Assembly (NCBI GenBank): GCA_026914245.1
Contig: CP110440.1
Span: 1,240,001-1,304,000, forward strand
Direction: 5' to 3'
DNA from: Puccinia triticina
Lineage: Eukaryota
Length of the DNA: 64,000 nt
Below, one piece after another: positions 1-10,494 of the stretch; the first letter of the stretch is position 1, and each line of letters begins with the position of its first letter. The notes beneath the pieces are model-generated. The model made no database searches, was not told the origin of the DNA, and was given only the letters and a program-made list of their open reading frames with translations. The translations under genes were made by a program, and so were the position numbers.

Positions 1-23
1 TCCGGTCGGGCCGTCTTCTGATT

Positions 24-587
24 GTGGATAAAACTCTGGAAAAAGCAGACAAGAAAGTGAATATCAGTGCTTGGTGGTCGAGCTTATACCGCGGCTGGTG
101 GTTGAGATACCACGGCTTCGGGGCTCCAATATACACAAGTCGAACTGCAACAATAGCAAATCTCATCAATAAAGTCTGTACTCACCTACTTGACCGCCGA
201 CCATACATCGCCTTCCTTCCGATCGGTGAAACGGTAATTATCCAATATCCGGATCTGACATCACAAAAATTCCTCCGACGAGAGATTCCAACTGCAGATA
301 TATTAGCCATGCTGATGACGATAGCCGAAGCTGGTACCAACACACACTTCGCTGTCGAGACAATTCGTGTTTACGCCGCTCTGCAACTTGACGAATCTCA
401 ACGTCGAAGTTGGCCTCGTCGATATATCACCATGCATTGGTCACATCAAAACGACTTCATCAGGCTTAAACAGATGCTTCCTCGCGAGGAAGACCCAATC
501 CGAGAAGCTCTTGCGCAAATCCTGGGAGGTTGTCTTAGAGCGATGCCTATCTACTTTGCGTGCCCAGTTACACCAGAACCCATCTGA
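24..587 (+). CDS. Hypothetical ORF (187 aa), possibly a 5'-incomplete exon; function unknown
   Basis: Open frame only, with a GTG start near the window edge. No motif recognised. Confidence 0.25.
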   Translation: MDKTLEKADKKVNISAWWSSLYRGWWLRYHGFGAPIYTSRTATIANLINKVCTHLLDRRPYIAFLPIGETVIIQYPDLTSQKFLRREIPTADILAMLMTIAEAGTNTHFAVETIRVYAALQLDESQRRSWPRRYITMHWSHQNDFIRLKQMLPREEDPIREALAQILGGCLRAMPIYFACPVTPEPI

Positions 588-618
588 CTTTTTGGTTTTT
601 GACAGCAACATGTTTCCC

Positions 619-948
619 TGTTTCATACCCATCAAGAAATGCCCAAGTTTTCTTTTTTTAATCCTCATCCATACAGCTTGCCCTACGGTCTAATCGTGAT
701 AGCTCTGGACGATATCACCGGTTACAGCAAGTTGGAGAGACTGTCCCTATCAACAACGCTATTATTGTTGGTGGTTGTAGTTTGCACGTTGGCAATATAT
801 TTAAATGGTTGGGCAAAGGAACCCGGCTATTGCTGAGTACATGGGCATCTCACACAACGGCAAAAAAGAGAGGCCTGGTGTGATACGAAAGAAAACAGCA
901 GGTTGCTTAGACCGACTGGGCTGGGTTTTGAGGATCAACAGTGGATAA
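619..948 (+). repeat. Copy 1 of a 340-bp direct repeat (continues at 1758-1767 after the MITE)
   Basis: TGTTTCATACCC...GGATAA plus CAGTTAGGAG matches 6626-6965. I saw one C/T difference. Confidence 0.9.
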
Positions 949-1754
949 GGCCCCAATTATAAACCAATTTTTGAGTTTTATTTTGAAAGTATTCGAAAAG
1001 AATTTCAAAACAAAAATGAAATCAAGATGAAAGATTTTTGATTTCAAAATTCTCTTGGAAAAGCTTCAAACAACAGGCTGCACATATAAACATTTGTGCA
1101 TCCCTGAGCAAGTAGCCTGCCGGAGTGGGCAGGCAGGGGCGAGATGTCTGTGACACAGGCAAGCTGGATAGAATACAGCTTGCCTGTTCAGCCTTGGCTG
1201 AATGGTGTGACATTTCCTGCGCGGCCGCCTCCATGGACATTTGGATCATCAGCGCCGAGATCAAAGCCAAGCGTTTTTTCCCTTGCCTCCGCCGCCAAGG
1301 TCAGGATCATATTGCCCCTAGTGGTCCCGGGTTTTCTGGGGAATTTGGTTTGCCTGCAGGTGTTCGTAACGGTAGGCCATCGGGATTTTTGTAGTGACTG
1401 CGATCCAATCGTGGAACGTTGAGGCAATCGGGTATATCGGCACTGCAGCAGTAAATTTTTTTCATGTGCCGGCCAACCCCCGCCCGGCAAACTCCGCCGA
1501 CCCAATACAGCCATTAAATGGGGGGGGGTCTGAGGCACCAGTGGCCTGGCAACCATACAGGCATACTGCCTGTTCAAAATTTTGATTCCTCAAATTTTGA
1601 GATTCTGGAATCTCGAACACCCCTCCTGGGTGTGTTTGAAGAGATTTGGGATTATTTTGAAATGAAAAGAACTCAAAACGAAGTTGGTTTTGATTTCAAA
1701 ACAATTTCAAAATAATCTCAAAGTAATCTCAAAATTCCGTTTATAATTGGGGCC
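949..1754. mobile_element. Non-autonomous PIF/Harbinger (Tourist-like) element
   Basis: 16-bp TIR GGCCCCAATTATAAAC / GTTTATAATTGGGGCC. TAA target duplication at 946-948 and 1755-1757. The empty site GGATAACAG is present in the duplicate copy at about 6950. Confidence 0.92.
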
Positions 1755-1767
1755 TAACAGTTAGGAG

Positions 1768-2239
1768 TCTGCGTGTGGTTTGCGGTGTACACGGTAAATT
1801 CCTAGACAAACTCGGACAATGACGTCACGAGTGTCAATACTTCAAATCGAAAGCGGTGTTGACCATTTCCTTTCGAACTCACTTGACCACTTCCCTTCTT
1901 TCTTTCCTCATCTCGACATCATCTTTCACCGCGGTCAACAACACTTTTCAATCATTGATTGCGCGGTATTTCGTCAAGGTCATCAGTCTAGGCGACTAAT
2001 TTATAAGTTCTTAGTTTTTCTTTTTACCCCATCCTGTTGACCATGTACTTTATCTAATCACTGTTTATTCTATTAGTCATAAAAGTCCTAGTGTGTGGTG
2101 GTTATATCTCAGTCTTGTTCTCATTCTATCATTGTTCCTGTTTTATTAGGTAAAAGATCTCTTAAAAATTATTCTCATTGTATTTTTCTTTTCCTATTAT
2201 TTTACTGAAATTTACTGTTTTATTAGCCTGAATTTCTCA
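1768..2239 (+). repeat. 5' LTR of the Copia element (first 8 nt missing; 77-bp extra segment)
   Basis: Aligns with 6228-6625 and ends in ...TTTCTCA. Confidence 0.9.
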
Positions 2240-2281
2240 CATTATCAGTACGGTAGCTTCAAAACAGGAACAAACCACGAT

Positions 2282-5200
2282 ATGTCGGACGTTGATGTCG
2301 GAGATAAATCAAGCCGATCTTCAATTGGTAAACTCGACAACCTCAATTTTCCGTCGTGGTCAATTCGAATGAGAACGTACCTCAAGAGCAAAGATCTCTG
2401 GGAAATCTGCTTGGGCGAGGTACTCAATCCAGCTAAGAAGAAGGTCAAGGCAACTGCAAATCTTTTGATCAGTCACTTGAGCGAAATCGCCTTGGAAGCC
2501 GTTGTAACCGCAGAAAACAAGGATAAATCCAACAAAATCTGGAGTGTGATTGTCGATTGATATGCTTCAGCCTTGATAAACAATAAGGCACAAATCTGGC
2601 TCAAGTTCATGCAATATGAATATGGCGGTGACCTCAAGAATTATCTGGTTGACTGTCAGAAGATGATCAGAGAATTTTCAATCGTTCAACTCGGTATTCC
2701 TGACAACATTGTTTCTATTTCAGTCCTCGCTGAATTATCAAAGGATTACTGGAATGTTGTTGATAATATCATCATGAACAAATCAATCATTTTCTTTCCG
2801 CGTCAAACTCTTTGAAAACTTCAAGAGCTCGTTTATATGAAGGAAACTCGAGTTGTTGCCTCTACTTCTAAATCTGAGTCCACTTTAAAAATCGAAAAGG
2901 ACACCGCTTCTGCTTACAAATCCGAAGCCGAAAAATCTAAAAGACCGAAACCGGCTCATCCATGCTCAGCGGGGAAACACAATCCCTTAGCTTATCATCC
3001 TGCCTGGCGTTGTTTTAAACTCATGGAGGCCAAACGAGAAGCATTACGTCCTGCTGATCCCGAGGCTCATTTGGTTTCGGCCGAAGTTACGGACACTGTG
3101 TCAGACAACAAACACAATTACAATGTTATAGAAGCATCTGCTTTCATTATTAGCTCTACCGGTGGCAGAACTTCTCCAGTCCTTGATTCTGGTGCCTCTC
3201 ATCGTATGGTTAACGACCTATCCGTCTTTACCAAGTTAAAAGATGTCAATATCAAAATTTATACCGGTAATCCGAGTCATCGAGTCTCTGCAACTGCGAT
3301 TGGCGATGTAGTTATTTTAGACAATTCTGGAGCGCAAATTAAACTCAACGATGTTTTATACGCTCCTAATCTTCATAGACCGTTAATCTCTATGAATTCT
3401 CCCTTTAGTAAAATCACCTCCCTTTCCAAAAACTCGAATTCTTTTAACGTTAACTTCGATAATAGTTTTAGCTTATCTGGAAAGATTCAAAACAACATCT
3501 TGGAACTTTCCAATACCTTTGAAATGAAGACTTCCATTTCCTCGTAACACTCAGCGCACAAGTCTGCGGATTGGCACGCGAGACTTGGACACCCTAGCTT
3601 TCCTTACCTTAAACGCGTTGGACCCAATTGTGAAGAGGTCGACTGTGATACATGTAAGATGTGCAAGGGGATAAAGAAGCCCTTCAACAGAAAGTTTACA
3701 CCAACCAGCGCAGCTCTTGAAGCAATCCACCTTGACCTGGTTGGACCTTTTCAAACTCGTTCGGCTGGTGGTGCTCAATACTTTCTTAGTATTGTCGATC
3801 AGCACTCGGGCTTCAAAACCGTAAAGCTTTTGAGACACAAATCTGAAACTTTGAACAAGTTTGAAGAATATGTGTTATGGGCAAAAAATCACACGGGTCA
3901 GACTGTCAAGTGAGTTATCTTGGACAATGGCAGAGAATTTAAGAGCATTTTCTTTGACAAATTCTGTTGAAGCCGAGGCATTAGTCAACATTTTGCGCCT
4001 GCCTATACGCCACAAAATAACAGCATGGCCGAACGTTCTAATTGAGCAATCTTAGATAAAGCCCGATGTCTGTTTGCGCAGGCTAATCTTTCGCCTTGCT
4101 ACTGGGCAGAAGCTGTTATGACAGCAACTGATCTGTGTAATCTTCTGCCATCAAGTACTCGAAAATTTACGATCCCTTATCACTCTTTCTTCAAAAGAGA
4201 TTGCAACATTTCAAAGCTTTGTTCTTTCGGTTGCCTAGCGTATTTACTGATCCCTGAGGCAATGAGGGTCAATAAATTACTTCTGCAATTGGAAAAAGCT
4301 ATTTTTCTCGGCTACACAAATGATTTCTCAACCTATCGGTTTATCAGGATTGAATCCAAGACTTTCTGTACAAGCAGAAATGTAACCTTTGATGAAAGCG
4401 TTTTCCCTTCCTTGTCGAACAAAAGTTCAGATCAATCAAGTTTTTACTTTAATCCGTTTGAGATAATTCCGGAAATTGATGAGGAAGATGGTGAAGCTTT
4501 TCAACCGTACCCAAATCAAGAATTGCTTGTTGATAACGATTCCGATCTCATTCACCCCTCAAATGAAATAATTGGCGACGTTTCCTCTGAAAACATATTG
4601 TCTCATCGTCGGAGGGGGGTACCAGAGAATTTCAATACTGCTTCATCCGAAGATGATACTCTGTCTTACAATCAAGTTATGAATCGAGCTGACAAGGAAA
4701 AGTGGACACTTTCACTTTACAAGGAGAAGACTAATATGGAGAGCTACGATGTCTGGGACATCATCAATAAAAGTCAAACCAATAAACCTCTAAACTGTAC
4801 TTGGGTATTCAAAATTAAACCTGAATCATCCAATCAAGCAGAAGAGTATAAATCTAGACTCTGCGTTCAAGGGTTTAGAGAAGTTTTTGGGAAAGACTAT
4901 TGTTTTACTTTTGCTCCGACAGGGAAACTTGTTTCTCTCCGGCTACTAGTCACGTTTGCGCTCCAGAATAACTTTCAATTTCATCAAATTGACGTTAAAT
5001 GTGCTTTCCTCAATGCGCCAATCAGAGAGAGAATTACTCTTAATCCTCCTCCAGGCATTGAGGTACCACCTGGCAAGGTCTTACTTTTGAAGAAGGCGCT
5101 TTACGGCTTGAAGCAAGCCCCAAAAGAGTGGCACTTAACTCTTTCCTCATGGCTTCTATCCGTTGGTTTCAATCGAAGTTATGCAGAACCCTGTGTCTTC

Positions 5201-6199
5201 TGGTCCTCAAATACTTGGCTGTACGTTCATGTCGACGATATCGCGATTTTTAGTCCAGAACCGGAAATATTTAAAAATCCAATTCGAAAAAGGTTCAAGA
5301 TAAAAGATCTTGGAAGCGCCAAACATTTACTCGGCATGAAAGTTACTCAATCTTTGGACTCAGTTCATTTCACTCAGACACATTACATTGAGGAAACCTT
5401 GGCAAAGTACAGTTGCGCAGATTTGATTCCACTTGCTACGCCAATGAAACCTGGTTCTCATCTTGTCAAGGCTTCAAAATCTGAAGTTGAACAGCTCGAC
5501 AACATGAATGTACACTATCGTGGATTAGTTGGAGCACTGAACTATCTTAGTGTCACAACTCGACCGGATATTACTTTTACCGTTGGTTGTCTTTCTCAAT
5601 TTCTGAAAGCTCTGGGAATTCATCATTGGGACGCGGCGGTACACTGTTTACGGTACTTGAAAGGATCTAAAGACTTTGGAATTACACTTCAAAAGACTCC
5701 AGTCGGTCAAGCAGATTTCGTCTCTTACGTCGATGCCAGTTGGGCTAGCTTTCCAATTACTTCTAAGTCAACAACAGGATACCTGGTTCTTTGGAATGAA
5801 AATTTGATATCTTGGCGTTCGAAAAAGCAAGCTACAACTTCGTTGTCTTTGACTGAGGCGGAATACGTTGCTATCACTGAAGTTACAAAGGAACTTCTGT
5901 GGTTGAAAACGGTATCTGATTCCGCTCTAAAGATTCACATATCTTTACCCTTCAAGATCTATGAAGATAATCAAGGCGCCATAATGTTGGCAAATAACAA
6001 AGCTAATTACTCAGCGTTTAAAACCAAGCACATGAATCTTTGTTTCCATTTCATACAATTGGAAATAATTGCTGAAACAATTACCTTGGTCTTCAAACGA
6101 ACCCATCTGATGCTTGCGGACTTCCTTACGAAATCAATAGGCAGATCCTCAATTTTCAAAGTACTCAAAGTTTTTCGCGCCGGTATGCCCCCACCTTAA
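2282..6199 (+). pseudogene. Copia gag-pol polyprotein, single frame broken by in-frame stops
   Basis: Protease VLDSGASH, pre-integrase WHARLGHP, integrase HLDLVGP, RT LKKALYGLKQAP and YVHVDD, RNase H YVDASWA...EAEY. Stops at 2558, 2813, 3545, 3911, 3968 and 4043. Confidence 0.93.
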
Positions 6200-6219
6200 C
6201 GGCTTGGTGCATGGGGGTG

Positions 6220-6625
6220 TGTTAGAATCTGCGTGTGGTTTGCGGTGTACACGGTAAATTCCTAGACAAACTCGGACAATGACGTCACAAGTGTCAATAC
6301 TTCAAATCGAAAGCGGCGTTGACCATTTCCTTTCGAACTCACTTGACCGCTTCCCTTCTTTCTTTCCTCATCTCAACATCATCTTTCACCGCGGTCAACA
6401 ACACTTTTCAATCATTGATTGCGCGGTATTTTGTCGAGGTCATCAGTCTAGGCAACTAATTTATAGGTTCTTAGTTTTTCTTTTTACCCCATCCTGTTGA
6501 CCATGTACTTTATCTAATCACCGTTTATTCTATTAGTCATAAAAGTCCTAGTGTGTGGTGGTGGTTATATCTCAGTCTTGTTCTCATTCTATCATTGTTC
6601 CTGTTTTATTAGCCTGAATTTCTCA
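6220..6625 (+). repeat. 3' LTR of the Copia element (TG...CA)
   Basis: TGTTAGAATC...TTTCTCA immediately after the purine tract. Confidence 0.92.
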
Positions 6626-6965
6626 TGTTTCATACCCATCAAGAAATGCCCAAGTTTTCTTTTTTTAATCCTCATCCATACAGCTTGCCCTACGGTCTAA
6701 TCGTGATAGCTCTGGACGATATCACCGGTTACAGCAAGTTGGAGAGACTGTCCCTATCAACAACGCTATTATTGTTGGTGGTTGTAGTTTGCATGTTGGC
6801 AATATATTTAAATGGTTGGGCAAAGGAACCCGGCTATTGCTGAGTACATGGGCATCTCACACAACGGCAAAAAAGAGAGGCCTGGTGTGATACGAAAGAA
6901 AACAGCAGGTTGCTTAGACCGACTGGGCTGGGTTTTGAGGATCAACAGTGGATAACAGTTAGGAG
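6626..6965 (+). repeat. Copy 2 of the 340-bp direct repeat
   Basis: Matches 619-948 plus 1758-1767. Confidence 0.9.
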
Positions 6966-7170
6966 CTGGTTGAGTCAACGGGCTCAAGAGTCAAAAAGAG
7001 ACCGGCCACGGAGCGTCCCTCCTTGACCAAAAGTTATAGTTTGAGCATCCGTTCTGCTACAGAGTATGGCTTTATGCCATCAGAATCAGGAATGAGATTT
7101 TTCTCTTGTCGGTCTTGCTGAGTTGAACGGTGTCGGAAGAAGGAAACAGGGGGTGGCAAGCTAAAGAATA

Positions 7171-7363
7171 GGGGGGTTCACGTTGCAAAACAAGCAATGC
7201 TGATTTTGTCTGCTCATGCACCTGTGAGTAAGGTTTATGCCTTGCAGATTGCTTCCAAAGGGGAGCTGCCCAGCCAAACCTTTTTGCTTTCTCAGGCTTT
7301 TCAAAAGCTGCATCTGTTGGTTTTGGTGGCTGATTTTCAAAATCAGCCTTAGGTGAACCCCCC
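7171..7363. mobile_element. Small MITE (about 193 bp)
   Basis: TIR GGGGGGTTCAC / GTGAACCCCCC, flanked by TA on both sides, with internal GCTGATTTT / AAAATCAGC motifs. Confidence 0.6.
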
Positions 7364-8487
7364 TAATGGTAGAATTGCTCAACTGTGTCAAGGACATTGA
7401 GTTGAATGGCAATTGAGTTCAGGTAGGTCTTGATAGCCACAATCTTTTATGGCTCAATGGTCAATATACTCTTGCTGGCGCCAAGGATGAGCATTTCTGC
7501 AGATGTGGTGGGGTATCCAAACGACAGGGGCTGGGAAGACTGGAAGCAAGGGAAAGAGCAGAGCAACTGACCCGGGCGGGGATAGATGAGTTCAAATATC
7601 TTGAACTGGCTGACAATCTTGGCTGGGTCGGCGGGGCCAGGACGGCAAGGATAGATGTCCCGGGCAGGGTTCCGGAGCATGCCGCGGGCGTTGAACAGGA
7701 AAAGATTTGCCGGGACGAGGTTGAAGACCCGCTCATGGACCAAGCGCACGGATTGGAATTTTTGCAATTTTTCCGGTTTTGTTATGGACTTAACTTAAAA
7801 TTAAACTTCTCACCAAACTTTAGGCAAATCTTGCACTAAGGTTTTTTAAGCACATGCACACAAAGATCTGTTTTAGCACAGAGTAACCTTACCTATGTAG
7901 ATTACTCTATACTACTATGTAATACTATTCAATATACTATTACATAATTCTTGACTACACTTCCTCCGGTCAGACCTCTGTATCTGTATATATATAGCAT
8001 GTATTTCTCTGAGTCATTGTCAATACTATTCATCATTATCATCTATGCTCTTTTAGGTTATGAGCCTTCTCCACTGAAGAGTGTTAAATGTTTGAAAATA
8101 CTTACTTTTTACCTTTTGCCTGTGTGACCCTTGTCATCAAATTACTTTCCGTATTTCCTTTTAAATTAAAATTTCATATAGCTGTGTGCTGAGTGATCAC
8201 TATCTTTTGTGTTATCCTCCCAACTCCTGACTGTGCGGACTCTCAACTTATAAACTTATTCTCTTGGACATCACTGCTTTAACCCGCGCAAAGTGTCACT
8301 CGGACATTGCTAAATGGCACAATGTTGCTTTCCATCTCTATTAACTCTTGGCGCAACTACTGCTGTTTCTCTTTTTTGCTTAACAATCATATTGGCAGCA
8401 TGCCATTTTCATTTCTATCTTACCAACCTTCCTCATATCCGCCAATTCTATAAATCTAGCCCCTTGGGCCACTCCCTTTTTTGTTTT

Positions 8488-10494
8488 GGGTCAGCCTAAA
8501 TGCACTCCAAAAAAATCCCAAAAGCACTCCAAAAGTGAGTGTATGGAGTGTGCACTCCAATGATTGTTGGAGTACAGACTAGAGTACTCCAAGTCAATTG
8601 GAGCGCAGAACCGGGGACTCAAGACTCTTTGGAGTGCACCACAAAGAACTTCAGTGGCCAGGAAATGTAATGAGTGCCCATGAGTCTCACTCCATCGGAT
8701 TGGAGTGCATTCCCCCAGCACTCCATTCCTGATGTTTCTCCTCCTCAAAAGGGGAGTGCAGTACTGTGCACTCCAGCCAGAGCTGGAGTGCCTACAACTT
8801 CAACTGGGCTATGTACAAACAAACCCCACTTGATCCTCCTGATATCCATGACCCGTACAGACCGGCATTGAGCGGATTAACATCTCCTCTCAATGACCAG
8901 TCTGTACCGGACCGCCGGTCATTGAGGGAAATCACAGAAATCACACCTCTTGATGACCGGTCTGTGCCGGTCATCAAGGGGAGTAACATCTCCTCTCGAT
9001 GACCGGTCTGTGCCGGTCACCGAGGGGACTCACACCTCTCGATGACCGGCGCGGACCGGTCACACCTCCCGATGACCGGCACAGACCGGTCATCGGGGGG
9101 ACTCACACCTCGATAATCGGTCACACCGGTCATCGAGGCTAATAACACCTCCTCTCGATGACCGGTCATCACCGGTCATCGAGGTGAGTCACATCTCTCG
9201 ATGACCGGTCAGACCGGTCATCGAGGGTAATAACACCTCTCGATGACCGGTGATGACCGGTCATCGAGGTGAGTCACATCCCTCGATGACCGGTCAGACC
9301 GGTCATCGAGGGGAATAACACCTCCTCTGGATGACCGGTGTGTACCAGTCATCGAGGGGAGGCGCTACTCTCAATGACCGGTCGGTCTGACCGGTCATCG
9401 AGAGGAGGTGCTGCTCCCCTCGGTGACCGGCACAGACCGGTCATCGAAGGGACTCACACCTCTCGATGCTCCCGATGACCGGTCGGTCATCGAGAGGGCT
9501 CACACCGCTCACGCCACTCGATGACCGGTCAGACCGGTCATCGAGGGTAATAACACTTGATGACCGGTGATGACCGGTCATCGAGGTGAGTCACATCTCT
9601 CGACGACCGGTCTGTGCCGGTCATCGAGGGGAGTAACATCTCCTCTCGATGACCGGTCAGACCGACCGGTCATTGAGAGTAGCGCCTCCCCTCGATGACT
9701 GGTACACACCGGTCATCCAGAGGAGGTGTTATTCCCCTCGATGACCGGTCTGACCGGTCATCGAGGGATGTGACTCACCTCGATGACCGGAGATGACCGG
9801 TCATCGAGAGGTGTGAGTCCCCTCGATGACCGGTCTGACCGATTATCGAGAGGTGTGAGTCCTCTCGATGACCGGTGGTGACCGGTCATCGAGAGGTGTG
9901 AGTCCTCTCGATGACCGGACTGTGCCCGTCATCGGGAGGTGTGACTGATGACCGGTCCGCGCCGGTCATCGAGAGGTGGGAGTCCCTTCGATGACCGGTA
10001 AAGACCGGTCATCGAGAGTAGCACCTCCCCTCGTTGACCGGTACACACCGGTCATCGAGAGGTGTGACTGATGACCGGTCCGCGCCGGTCATCGAGAGGT
10101 ATGAGTCCTCTGGATGACCGGTCGTGTGAGTCCCCTCATCGAGAGGTGTGATTGCTGTGGGCACTCCAAAGAAAAGGAGACTTGGAGTGCACCCCAATGC
10201 ACTCCATTTGGTATTTGCTAGCTGGAGTGCAAAGCCAAAATCCTTCACTGAAAAGGTGGAGTGCTTGGGCTTGCACTCCATTTTTTTTGGAGTGCATCTA
10301 GCTGCACTCCCCTATTTTGGTCAATTTTGGATTACCCAGTTGTGTACTCCAAGAAACATGGAGTGCCCATCTGGGGACTCCATGTTTTGGGAGTACAAAA
10401 TCAAGGCACTCCAACTTTTTTGGAGTGCTGGCCCCCTAAAGCCAAAAATGTGGAGTGCATGAAGTAAAAGTTTGGAGTGCATTTAGGCTGACCC
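8488..10494. mobile_element. Non-autonomous TIR DNA transposon (foldback-like) with subterminal and central repeat arrays
   Basis: Perfect 24-bp TIR GGGTCAGCCTAAATGCACTCCAAA. Candidate 8-bp TSD TTTGTTTT (low complexity). Many TGGAGTGCA / TGCACTCCA subterminal motifs. No transposase. Confidence 0.88.
8845..10125. repeat. Array of about 30 palindromic units CTCGATGACCGG-N(4-9)-CCGGTCATCGAG
   Basis: Counted by eye. Period about 40-48 bp, with short recurring linkers such as GTAACATCT, CTCACACCT and AATAACACCT. Confidence 0.92.

Larger units (their letters stand above)
1768..6625 (+). mobile_element. Full-length degenerate Ty1/Copia LTR retrotransposon
   Basis: Two LTRs (1768-2239, 6220-6625), a PBS-like sequence at 2240, a purine tract ATGGGGGTG at 6211-6219, and gag-PR-IN-RT-RH domain order. 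Confidence 0.95.

Noticed and set aside
639..836. Small duplicated membrane-peptide ORF (also 6625-6843)
   Set aside because: The repetition is explained by the 340-bp duplication. There is no independent coding evidence.
1819..2040. 73-aa ORF repeated at 6279-6500
   Set aside because: It lies within the two LTRs and is incidental.
8845..10125. CRISPR array
   Set aside because: The linkers are only about 8-15 bp and recur, the orientation flips mid-array, there are no cas genes, the context is eukaryotic, and the array lies within transposon TIRs.
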